Shown here piece by piece: positions 47,956-59,627 of a DNA stretch of 64,000 nucleotides. The stretch's first letter is position 1, and each line of letters opens with the position of its first letter. The translations under genes were made by a program, and so were the position numbers. The notes below the pieces were generated by a model that saw nothing but the letters and a program-made list of their open reading frames with translations, was not told where the DNA came from and ran no database searches. Source of the stretch: the human T2T-CHM13v2.0 reference genome, Homo sapiens; assembly GCF_009914755.1 (NCBI RefSeq), contig NC_060931.1; one strand, given 5' to 3'.

Positions 47956-50222
47956 AAATTTTTGTGTAAAAGCCAAAACTTTTTATGTTGTAAATGTTTA
48001 ATTTACATGTTTGACTGCTGGGAAGACCTTTGAAATTTTATATTGTTCTGGTACATGTCTGAAATTCTATTGCTTGGAGAGAATCCCCTCCAGATAAGAG
48101 ATTTTGAGTGAAAAACATAATGATCCTGCCATTTTTCATTTTTAAAATTCTTACATTTGTCATTGAGAAAGTTCAAAATGGAATAGGCTTTAAAAAAAAA
48201 AAAACTTTCAAAGATCCGCCAAATCATTCATAGCAAATTGTACATATTGTTCAGCTGATTTTTATATATTTAAATACACCTTAGTGGCCAGAGACTGACT
48301 TCAAGGTTTTATTCCAGAGACTCCAGAGACTTAAGCTAAGTATTTTTTCATTCTTTCAGATTTTCAAAAAAAAAAAAAAAAAAAGTTAATTTCATTTTTT
48401 CATTAATGTCTTCCTAAGTTCTATGCTTTAAATGCCTTGTTTTTAATAACGGGAAAGTTCTCAGCTGCATTTTCACAGTGGCTTATTCAGTTTTTCTTTA
48501 ATATTTACCATTTGGTATCAATTCAGCATTCCACTTAACATTTTATAAATTCCATAGGAACATGCCTGTTTTGGTAGTTACTGACTTAATTTGTTAGTGC
48601 CACAAGGAAAATATTTTACAGTATTTTATGCCATTTAGGCAAAATGAATAAACTGTTTTCCAAGATTTTCTTAAAAGATTATCAATTTAAAAGTATGATC
48701 AAGTATGCCTCAAAAACTAGAAACATTTCAAAATGTAGAACAAACGTTGAAAAATTGTTTTGCCAGGAAAGAGTTCAAGTTCAGTTAAGGATTTGAGAGG
48801 CTTTTAAACAAGGATCAGTAGGATAGTTATCATATTTACTTAATATATGTCTGATATTCAGTGCTGGTTCTTTTTCCTGTTTGTGCAACAATGAAGTGTG
48901 TCATGTGTGTTTTATAGCCTCTATCATTAATCACACCAGAGTCTCATTTTAAAACATTTTAATGTTAAAACATCCCCACACTTATACACAGGTAAAATTA
49001 GTTTTTTTTTTTTTAAAGTTGTAATCTGTACTTTTTTTTTTTTGCAATTTTTGAAACAGCTACATTAATCCCTAAAAATCCCACCATACTGAAAATGTAT
49101 GGCGTGTATTTTCTATAGTAAGTAATATGAGGAAAACATGATTAGCTGTGCCAAAGAAATTTTATACATTGTTTACATGATGAGGCCACAGTACTTACTG
49201 AGGACTTCATATGGTTTTTTTGTTTATTATTATTGAGAAAAGAGCTGAGGTTACCACATTCATTCTTTGTGTTAGAAATGTAGGAGTGTGGTGGTTTTCT
49301 GCAATATTTAGAGCTTAGTCTCATAATTTGGAATTTAAGATAATAAGTAGTAACAAGGCAAGTCTTTTATGTAAGACAGTCAAACAGTGTCACTTCAGGG
49401 ACAAAGGCCTGGAAGCCCTTAAAATAAGTTATCTTAGATGTGCCAGAACATATTCAGAGCTTTATTCCTTTAAGCTTAAGGCTTCAATACTTGTAGAAAT
49501 GCAAATATTCTTGAGAAATGATACATTTTTTGTTCTCAATTTCTCAATTCTACATACCTGATTATGAGTGAAGTATCCAAAGCAGGTTTTCATCAGCATG
49601 GGGGATGGAAGGTAGGTATAATATGAGGACAATGGAAACTTTGGGAGAAGGGAGTGAGGAAATGGATAAAGAGAAATTTGAAAATTTTAGGCTGGACTTG
49701 AGCACTATTGCTGCTTTCCTATGAACTATCAGAATGTTTAAATGCTTTATCATTCATGGTCCACTCTCAACCAACATTTATTATCCTTTAGTAATTAAAC
49801 AATGGTTTTACATACATTTTTATAATGTAGAAGGAAATTCAAGATTCCATAATCGTAAAATTTTTCAGATTTGTCTAATGTGTAATTTGTGCATCTTCAC
49901 ATGCTGCTAAATGCAGATTTAAACATTACATCTGAGGATCATGACTTTTCCTCCTTTCTTGGAGATCTTGGTATAAAATTCATCTGCTGTTATAAAATCA
50001 GGTTTCTACAGAGTTCGTTTCACACTAAAGGTAGTTTGTTACTGTTTGCATGAGGAAACCATGTATGTCTCAATCTTTAATTTTAGGTGGTAGTGTTTAT
50101 TGTTCACCCTCCCTCTTGCCTCCAAAAGAATGCTGAATTATACGCCAATATTTCCATGTGTATTCTGTTGCCTTGATGCGTACTATACTTGTTGCATGTA
50201 TATTAAAAATTTTGTACTATGC
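47956..50222 (+). other. RUNDC3B: RUNDC3B 3' UTR (end inferred)
   Basis: Repeat-free AU-rich stretch after the stop; ends at a complete poly(A) site architecture. Proximal AATAAA at 48647-48652. Confidence 0.7.
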
Positions 50223-50245
50223 ATTGGTGGTCTTATTTTGCTTGA
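50197..50245 (+). terminator. Probable RUNDC3B poly(A) site
   Basis: TGTA at 50197-50200, ATTAAA at 50202-50207, downstream GT/T-rich TTGGTGGTCTTATTTTG. Confidence 0.7.
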
Positions 50246-51229
50246 CAAAAAGTTACCTGATTTAAGTACACTTAACTTTTGTTTCAGCAAATGTGGTAAA
50301 TATATATTATTTCACACCTAAAATACTAACATGAAAATGGAATGGGAGAAATCCTTATTTCAACTCACATCAAGTTAAATATCCTATTTTTTAAAAGTAA
50401 CATGATATGCTTTAGAATACACAACATCTATTCAATCAATCAGTACAGTTTAGTAGTGGTTCTGGCAGTGTTACTGATTTAATTATAAAATAGTCATGTT
50501 TGTTTTCTCACCTGTAAGAATCATCACTATCTTCTTGGCACCTAAGAGATGGCATCAGGATGATGTAAGCATTAAATAAAATCATATATAAAAGAAGTTC
50601 TAAAGAGATAAATGCCAAATGCAAGCTACTACTAATTATGAGTGGCAGAAAAAGTAGATCATAAGTTAGTTGTTAAATCATTAGATTTACATACAGTTTT
50701 AAGTGGTTATCAATGTGTCCCAAATTTACAACTTAGAAAACTGCTTTGTTAAAGTTCCTATCATTAGATGAAATGTGCAGATTTTGCTAAACTAAACTAA
50801 CATATTGGATTACCACTTAAGTGTCACAAGACTGTTGTTCATTCTGCTCTTCTGAAAGCAAAGCAGCTTCGATTTAGTTTTAGCATTTGTCATTTTAACT
50901 GATTGATAGGAAAGGGAAGCTAAAATTACCTCTTTTTCATTATGGTACATTTAAAAAGCATATTTTAATACAAACCAAAACTTTTAGATTTTAACATAGA
51001 TCACCTTATCATAAGCCCCATTTTCCATACTGCTGGGTATCTTCCAAAACCCAAGTCTAACTAACTGTTACAACTTTGCCAAAAAGTTTTTCCTAGGTTT
51101 CTCACAGCCTTCTTGTTCCTCCTTAAGCGCACAAGGCCTTAGATTACATTTCCATGTTTACACTTTCCCATGTATACACTTTGTTCAAGCCATATGGACT
51201 AAATTCTATTGCCTTATTGAGACTCCCAC

Positions 51230-51490
51230 TTCCCTGCATGTTTACTTATTGGATTGCCTGTCTGTCAGTCCAACTCAGGTTTCCTGACCACTCCCCTTCT
51301 CTGCCCCCAGGCTGAGTGAACAACTCCCCATATTTCCCATGACTCCCTTTGTATGTTTCTATCAATCACTCAATCATAGCTCTGAAACCTCCTGTGGCCA
51401 GTAACAATATCTGAAATATCTTATCATCTCCAGTGCTTTTTATATACTGCCTACTACATAAAATGTCCCAATAAATGTTGACAGATTAAA
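51230..51490 (+). mobile_element. L2 3' end remnant in the intergenic gap
   Basis: TTCCTGACCACTCCCC...CCCCAGGCTGAGT...CATCTCCAGTGC...CAATAAATGTTG resembles the L2 terminus. Confidence 0.55.
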
Positions 51491-51509
51491 TATAAAAGCA
51501 GTAATATCT

Positions 51510-51515
51510 TTTATT
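51510..51515 (-). terminator. Probable distal SLC25A40 poly(A) signal
   Basis: TTTATT on + equals AATAAA on -, followed on - by T-rich sequence. Confidence 0.6.
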
Positions 51516-51607
51516 TAAAAAGTTCATCTTAGAAGAAAATTCAAAAGGGATACAATAAACTTTTCCATATCCCAAAAACTTGTGCCCAAGACAAAAAGAG
51601 GGAAGAA

Positions 51608-51790
51608 TTTAAGTTTAGGGGTACATATGCAGGTTTGTTACACAGGTAAACTTTTGTGTCATGGGGATTTATTATACAGATTATTTCATCACCCAGGTAT
51701 TAAGCCTAGTACCCATTAGTTATTTTTCCTGTTCCTCTCCCTCCTCCCACCCTCCACCCTTTGATAGGCCCCAGTACATGTTGTTCCAAG
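51608..51790 (-). mobile_element. L1PA (older) 3' tip inside the distal SLC25A40 UTR
   Basis: GGGGTACATATGCAGGTTTGTTAC...TTTCATCACCCAGGTATTAAGCCTAGTACCC...CCTCCTCCCACCCTCCACCC. Confidence 0.85.
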
Positions 51791-52442
51791 AGGGAAAAAT
51801 TTAAAAAACATATGCAGTTAAATAACCATAATGAATAGTTTTCCTAGAAAAAAAAATATTGCCTTTTAAAAAAAATCAAATATGTACTACTTTAAAGGTT
51901 GCAACCATCTCATATTGAAAATTAAAGATGTTCCTTCCTAAAATTTTACATTAATCAATTAAATGTTTATGTTAGAAAATTTAACATTAATAGAATAAAA
52001 ACTGTTTTAGAAACATCACCAAGAACACTGTTGTGGCACATGTTTGCAAATATTGCAATTCCTGCAACATCATATGTATTGAAAAGTCTGGAAAGCCCAT
52101 GTGGCTGAGAGTTAAATTTATATACTGAAGTAAAACCTGGGAATATTCATCATGCCAATTATAGTTCAATTATTTTATCAGACAGAACTCTGAGAGCAAA
52201 TTAAAATTTTAAAATTTTACCTATTCCATAGACTGAATTTTTCTAGGTACTATTTTAATACAAATTATTATTATAGCAAAATTCTGAACACTTTTTGGTT
52301 GTTAGTATATTTTAAAAGTATTAATATTTCTTTTTACCTCTTAAATATAAAGAAAGCTTCAATTCAGCCTTCTATTCATCCAGATACATTGCATGTATAT
52401 GTGTTAAAAAAACGACTAGGCAATTAGATTTACTTATCTTAC

Positions 52443-52448
52443 TTTATT
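52443..52448 (-). terminator. Probable proximal SLC25A40 poly(A) signal
   Basis: AATAAA on - strand followed by GT/T-rich TAGTCGTTTTTT. Confidence 0.55.
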
Positions 52449-54173
52449 CATAAATAAGAATTTTCCTAAGTGCAGTGAGGGGTAGGAGACATGGAAACCT
52501 TTCTCATACTTATAGGTGATATTAAACTGAAATATATAACTGCCTTTTGGGAACAGTATTTTTTCTGTTTTCTATGAATTACCCATAAGCATAGCAAAAC
52601 CAAGATAAATTTAAATTTAATATTGTTAAAGAGCACTGTTCAAGATAAACTTTCATGTATATCACAGTATAGCATTATACAATGATTTTACGTAAAAATA
52701 TTTAGAAGCACAGTGATGATTTTAAGAAGCCATAAAACATTTTAATGAAATATAAGAAAGTCATGAATATTTATGTGGATATGTATGTTGCAAATTTAAG
52801 GTAAATCAACATAGGATAAACACAGAAGATTACATACAAACCCTACATATTTTATTTCTGGTGAAACATATAAACACTTTCCTACTATAGTACAAAATCA
52901 ATTAGTTCCTCTACCAGCACTAAAGACTTGTCATCTAAATATATTCATTTTAGGGGAGAAAAAAATGCTTCACATTTTTCTAAAATAAAGACTGCAATAA
53001 ATTAGTGCTTTAAAAAATATATATATATAGGATATAGATCCTAAGAAAATAAAACTAAAGTATAAAAAATGAATAGCATTTCTTTTCCTGCCATCATATC
53101 CTTTCTTATCTCATTCCTACATAGAATGAATGATAAGCTAAATTATTTAGACATGTATGGTGACTGAAAGCAATGTCTTCAAGGAAACAGCTTCTTGTTT
53201 AGCCTCTTACTCTACCATACTTAGAGTAAAAATCAAAGGATATTTTAGAAATATCTTGTAACTATTGTTGTAGCAATAATCTGTCTTGTTAGAACAACAC
53301 AATAAAAATGACCTAGAGAATTCCATGAACAATGATACTTGGATTACAAGAGAGCTAAAAATCAGAGGCTATTCCTGTGTGCAAACTATTTTTACCAGTC
53401 TAAATACTATATGGTTTACCACTGAACACCCAAGTTTGACTGAAGTGAACATTTGCTACTATCAGTAAAAAACTCCCTCTCTTACAGGAATGGCAGAAAT
53501 ATAGACATTTAGTCATCAAAAATGGCACAATGTACATCACACAAATGATTATATTATGGTTCATAAGGAAAACAGCCACAATTTTGATCAGAGAAATGTT
53601 AATACATATGAAGCCTTAAAACAGCAACATGGCGGGGAAGGAGAGGGAGGCGGGAACCTAATGCATTTGAATTAAAGGAAACAGGCAATATTTGGTCGAT
53701 GTAAACAATGCTATTTAACGAGTGCTTTATCTACTTTACTGAAATACGGAAATACTTATGTACACGATTTAAATGTGCACAAGACTTGGGCTTTTTTCTT
53801 CTAGACTATGTACATCATTCAGCACACAATTCAAAAAGTTCTGGTGTATTCAACACACTCCCAGTAAGATTATGTTACACTGAAACATATAATATTAAAC
53901 TTTCAAGAGACTGCTTTTGATGCTAAGGAGTAATCTATTTTTACAAGAATGCTCAATGGTGGTGATTTCTAGAATATCTTTTTCAATATCACCAAAAATA
54001 AGATAAAATTTATTTTAAAATTATGATTTAGAGGTAGAGCTGAAATTATTTATTTAAATTATAGGAAAGAAAGACATAAAATCATTGTGAGAGAATAATG
54101 GTGAAAAACATTCTTGCCTAAGAGTCTCCATCTTCTTTGGCTATAGTTGTTGTTTCAAGTTGAAACAGCATCA

Positions 54174-54286
54174 CTAGTATTGCTGCCTTCGAACATTTTG
54201 TTTCTGGAAAAAAGCCTTTCCAAATTCATATGTACTGATCATAATGGCACAAGCAGGAGCAATTTTAATTAAGCGAGGAATTAGGC
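54174..54286 (-). CDS. SLC25A40: SLC25A40 terminal coding exon
   Basis: TTCTTTTCTCAG acceptor; encodes (G)[39 protein letters not shown], then an in-frame TGA; mitochondrial carrier helix 6 of the SLC25A39/40 type. Confidence 0.95.
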
Positions 54287-54654
54287 CTGAGAAAAGAATA
54301 GGAATAATCAAAACAAATATTTTTTTCTTACCTTATTTTTAAAAATATTATTTTTTGGCTTTATTCTGATAATTATCAAATTAAATGAAGTAATATGTTC
54401 AAATCCATAAATTGGTAGAAAAGACTGCTCACTTCCAACATCCTCACTTCAATCCATATTACATTATAGAGAAATTTTTATCTTATTGATAGTAAATCTT
54501 TTATTTAACATTTATTTTAACTTATAATAAAGATATTTAGGAGAAAATAAATGTAGTATGTTACCTATAACTTCCTCCTATAAGTTAATTTTAGAAGGTA
54601 ATATTTTAAAAGTAATCATTCTATTCAATGATTCGGTAAAGCAAGTATTTTTAC

Positions 54655-54735
54655 CTGAAAATAATCCGGAAAATCCATTTTTAGCAACAATGTTCTTCAT
54701 TATAATCCAGGTTGACATATGCAAAGGCATAGAAA
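54655..54735 (-). CDS. SLC25A40: SLC25A40 exon (81 nt)
   Basis: TTTAG acceptor, CAG/GTAAAA donor; encodes (I)SMPLHMSTWIIMKNIVAKNGFSGLFS(G). Confidence 0.93.
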
Positions 54736-55086
54736 CTAAATGTTAAAATAAAGAAATAATGCTATTATAAATAACAATTTAATAATTCCTACTACAGATA
54801 ACATAGTGTCCATGGCCCTTGCGGATATATCATTTCTTTACCATAAGAAGAGGTTTGTTTACCTAAAAAGCTACTTTAAGTTTTATTTTTAATAGTTAGA
54901 TTCATTAAAAATAATAAACAGAAAAAGGCTGTATGTTTAAAGATGTATAGGACTGGATGCAATTAAGGAGGAATGTACTGAAGGTTTCTCCTGACTTGAT
55001 AATGCTTGTTTCTTAAACTTGATGGTAGTTATTTTTTAAACTTTTTCTAGGTCTTAAAAATTTTTCATAATGAAATTTTTAAAAGA

Positions 55087-55188
55087 CAGCTACTTGGGAG
55101 GCTGAGGTGGGAAGATCGATCTCTTGAGCTTAAGAGTTCAAGACCAGCCTGGTCTTGAACTCTTAAGTGAGACCCCTATCTCTTAAAA
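55087..55188 (+). mobile_element. Alu monomer fragment containing a 39-bp palindrome
   Basis: CAGCTACTTGGGAGGCTGAGGTGGGAAGATC...GAGTTCAAGACCAGCCTGG...GTGAGACCCCTATCTC. Confidence 0.8.
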
Positions 55189-57594
55189 AGTGTATAGAAA
55201 CCTTCATGGGGTATCCAATGCCAAAGAAAAGTCCTCACAACCATTTTTTCATTCACATTTTATTGTAAATAGTTTTAAAACTTTTTTTTTCTAAAAGGAG
55301 TTTCTGAGGAAAACAGCTCATTCTCCCTAGCAGTGTCCTGAGTTATTACTACCTTTCTGAATGGATACGCTATTCTTGAAATAAATTAGACCAGTGCTGT
55401 CTCCTTCAAAGGGTTTATTTTAGCTAATAATAACATCTCGCTTATTTGCAACCACTCAAATATCTGGAAGAAAATGAATAAAAACCTAATTTTTTAAAAA
55501 CTCAGCAAAAGTAGATGTCACTGAAGTATAAACATAAAGCTTATGAATATAATGTTTATAAACAAAATTTGTTTATTTTCATTTACACACTATTCTAAAA
55601 AGCTGCCTTGGCCCACAGACTACTAGATGCAATAAGATTAAAAAAAAGAATTCTAAGAACCAGGCACACTACCATGTAAACAACATGACAGCTAACAGGA
55701 TGAAGATTTCAATGTCTTGTTTTGAGACCAGCTGAATGAAGGGCAAACAATCCTATACTGCCCTCTCTAGCTTTTTAGAGTGGCTACTCTACAAAAATCA
55801 ATGTTTACATAGAAGACAACCCTGAATCATTAAACAAGATTAAAGTATGTACCACTAAAGAAGCCTGGGAGAGAAAAGTTAAAGATAAAATGGTATCTTT
55901 CAAAAATGACTTTCTAGAATTTTGCCACTTAATGGAGTGTGATTATCTCCAAATTTCATTTATATAAAATATCAGAATCTCTGACTATGAATAAATGAAG
56001 ACTAAGATAAATGAAGCCTTATGATTTAAGAAGCTGTACTAGCAATAGCATAAGCATAAACATACTAACTACAGCAGCTCAACACTGATTACAAAATATG
56101 AATGAAATTTAACTTTCTAAGGAAAGTCAATGACAAGAACTAAGTTGGCAATTTTTACTTCATGTTTAAATTATTTCATTTAAATTTTAAAAACAGGTCA
56201 AAGAATGGTGATCAAGCAGCAGGTGTTTCTAATCTTGTAGAACTCATGCCCCAAACTAGTTTCTATTTTAACAGGAAGGTGAAATTAAGAGAATGATAAA
56301 AAGAGTATCAACTGAAGGTAAGCCAAGTTCTAGTGGAACCTCAGAAGTGTCTCCTGCCTAACTTTTCAACATTAAAGAGCTACTCCTACAGGTAATAAGC
56401 AAATTCTTACATTGTAAAGAAACACTTTTATTATTAAATACTTCAAGCACAGAGAAAATAAATGCTCATTTACTGAATATCCAAATTTATTATATCATAA
56501 TACCTCTATTTTTCAGATCCAGTTAAAGCCCTCTATATATTCCTCCCCAATTTTATTTTTCCTCCTTCTCAAAGGTAATCATTCTCATCTTTCTTTTTTC
56601 ATCTTTCTCATGCATTTGTTTAATGTTTACCTCTAAACATATCCAGATGTATACTCACTCTTCTTTGTATACATCTGGAATGTACAGAACAATGTATACT
56701 CTTCTTTGTCCTCCTTTTAAACTTTATATAAATGATATCACACTGCACACTTACTTCTGCAATGTGCTTTCAGAATTATCTAGGTTGGTAAGTGTAGCTA
56801 TATTTTATTCATTTTAATTGCTGCATGGTATTGCATTATATGGATTATAATGATTTATCCATTTTCCTGTAAAGGGACATTTAGGTGATTTCTAACTTTT
56901 TGCTGTTTTTAACAATCTTGCCATGGATAGCCTGGTACATGTGCAAAAGTTTCCCTAGGGCACATATCTAGGAGTAGAACTGATAACTCAGAATGGACTC
57001 CTTGCTACTGCCAGATTGTTTTCCAAAGTAGCTGTTCCAAAATAATACTCTTACCATCATGGCATAAGGTTCCCAGTGAGCTACATCCTCCCCAACAGTG
57101 TAATTTATATAAAATGTTCTCTCACTGCTGTTCCTTGGTATTACTAAAATTGAACATTTTTAATAAGTTTGTTTGGCAAGTATAACCATTTTGTGATACT
57201 TTTATTTCTATTTTAAAATAGAAATATAATATAGAAATATTGAAATACGGAAAAATATTGCCTTAAATATTAAAACCAACGTACTATTTATTAAATCTAT
57301 TAAATACTTAAATTTTAAAATGTTTAAAAATTAAATATTGCTTGAGTAGTGTTTTTTTTTTTCTATAGTTCAATTGTCCAGTTAAGAATAGTGTTTCAAA
57401 AATATTAAATGTGTTCAGAGAAAAAGAAGTTTAACCTCTGGAAAACAAGTAAATTTGGGCCAGGTTTAAAAAGCTAAAACCAGAGATTAAATGTTTAAAA
57501 ATTAATAATATATGACACACTCATAAATTAGGTAAAAGTTATTTCTGTTATAGGATATGGCATTTACTACATGCTAACGTGCTTCTGAATGCAG

Positions 57595-57712
57595 CCTCTC
57601 TTCCAGTAGATTATGAGCTCTTTGAGGATTTGGGTAATTGTCTCATTTATCTGTATATACCAGCATGGTGCCTGACACAGTATAGGTACTCAGTAATTGA
57701 CTAATGAATGAA
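57595..57712 (+). mobile_element. L2 3' terminus
   Basis: TAGATTATGAGCTCTTTGAGG...AGCATGGTGCCTGACACAGTATAGGTACTCAGTAA...ATGAATGAA. Confidence 0.8.
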
Positions 57713-59046
57713 GAACAGAAGAAGTGGTCGAAGTAGGCTGACAGATCATATACTTGCATGGAACTATCATTCTATAGTATGACAGATGCAACACTTCATA
57801 TTTTCTTTTTTGCTTAGAGAGAAGGGATTTGGTATAGCTGAGCTGTGGAACAAAGGAAGTCACTTCTAAATGGAGCTGAGTTACTTCTTGGATAAATAAT
57901 GTAAACCAAAATAGTAAGTATGGGCTGATTATCACTCAAATTACAAGTGCAATTTCAACTGAAATATATCTTAGTAAACCTTTAAGTAACTGGTTCATAG
58001 CTGAAGTAGGCTAACAGATTAAAATTTACCAATGATAATCATGGAAAATTAAAACCCAATTCTTATTTAAGATTTTTCCTTTTAGGTTTAAATGAGGAAA
58101 CATTAATTAGAAAAAACCAGTGATAGGTAAGAGTTAAATCTAATAAAGAAAGATGGCTCCCTGGTGCCAGTCTCAATGAAGATATATATCACCATCACTT
58201 AGGGATCATCTTCAAAATATACAAGCTAGAGTTCCACCTCAGATTCATTAAATGAGAGTTTACTGAGGGTGATGTCCAGCTGTAGGTATATTGAATAAGC
58301 ACCTCAGGTGACTCCAATGATTAGTTACCAACGTAAGTGGCTCCCAAACTTTAGTGTGCATTAGAATCTACCTGTACAGATTCCCATCTTTTCCCTTATC
58401 AACCACCATGACCACCACTACCTCAATGCCACAGTCATTAATCATTTATGCTAAATTACACCAAAAAGAAATTGGTGAAATCCTACTATGTTAAATATTA
58501 TACTTAAGAGGGGAAATAGAAATTCTGATGAGAAGAAAAGAAGAACTTTTGAACTGTCAAAGGACAGATAGGGCTTAGGTTTCTAGAAGGCTCATGCCTA
58601 AAACAGGGAAGTGGGAGAACCCTAATATAATAAAATTTTGATTACCTCCCAGGTTTTCATTAGCTTCTAATATAAGAGGAGAATAGGTATTTGATAGGTC
58701 AAAGACAAGGATGTCACCAACATCCATCAGATTCATTTGTAGAGGTTTGTAACCAGCTTCTTTTAACATTATACCTATTTTACTTTTTATGCAAACTATT
58801 ATAATCATGGGTAGAAGAATTTTTATTTACATTATAATAGTCTTATCACAAGACTTACATAATTTTGTAATAGATAATTTCCCATTGGTTTGCTACACTT
58901 TCTAAAGGGAATAAATGATGACAGAGGGATCCTAGTAGAAGCAAATAGGAGTATACGTTTGTTCTAGAAGAAATTACAGGTTATGAAGAAATAAAAATAG
59001 ATGGGATAATGGGTAGAAAAAATTACAAGAAAGCTTAAAAACAAAA

Positions 59047-59100
<54 letters not shown>
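59047..59100. repeat. Compound (TG)13(TA)n microsatellite
   Basis: Directly visible. Confidence 0.95.
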
Positions 59101-59545
59101 ATCAAAAAATAAGAGAAAAAAGGTTTCCAGTAATTTCCTATCCTTTATCCTGATTTGTCTAAATTTATTTTATTGGTTTACTTGAAAGAAGACTTAAAAG
59201 GACAATAAAAATAATAATTTGAAATAGATCTGAAAACAAACTTTAGGAAAAAACATCATAAAACAACTTAGCTTTTAAATGACAAAGATTATTTCTTCTT
59301 TATCGCAGGTATCAGACTTAACTGATGGCATTCAAGAAACATTAGACTTTACATTTTCTTAAATTTTTTGTTTTTGTTTAGTTTTTCTGGGTATTCCATT
59401 CTAACAGTATATTACTTTCAGTAAAATACACAAAGAATAATGCAGAAGAAAAAATCTTGTTTTCCTTATTTTAGATATCCCTACAATATCTGTAAGGAAA
59501 AACAAAAATGGCATCTTAAAAATATTTTAAATTAATTAAACTTAC

Positions 59546-59627
59546 TTTTATGACTTTCATATGTCCAAAGTTGTGTCTGCTTTTGTGTTTTTACTACATC
59601 AAATGGTAAAGTTGCAACAGCAGCAAA
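59546..59627 (-). CDS. SLC25A40: SLC25A40 exon (82 nt) with the third carrier signature
   Basis: TTTCTGATAG acceptor, GTAAGT donor; encodes FAAVATLPFDVVKTQKQTQLWTYESHK with Px[DE]xx[KR] motif PFDVVK. Confidence 0.95.

Larger units (their letters stand above)
51490..54173 (-). other. SLC25A40: SLC25A40 3' UTR (long form; end inferred)
   Basis: Follows the TAG stop; minus-strand AATAAA at 52443-52448 and 51510-51515. Confidence 0.65.

Noticed and set aside
48366-48384. A19 tract as a transcript 3' end or retrocopy tail
   Set aside because: Genomic A-run with no upstream hexamer, TSD or retroposed body; would cause oligo-dT internal priming.
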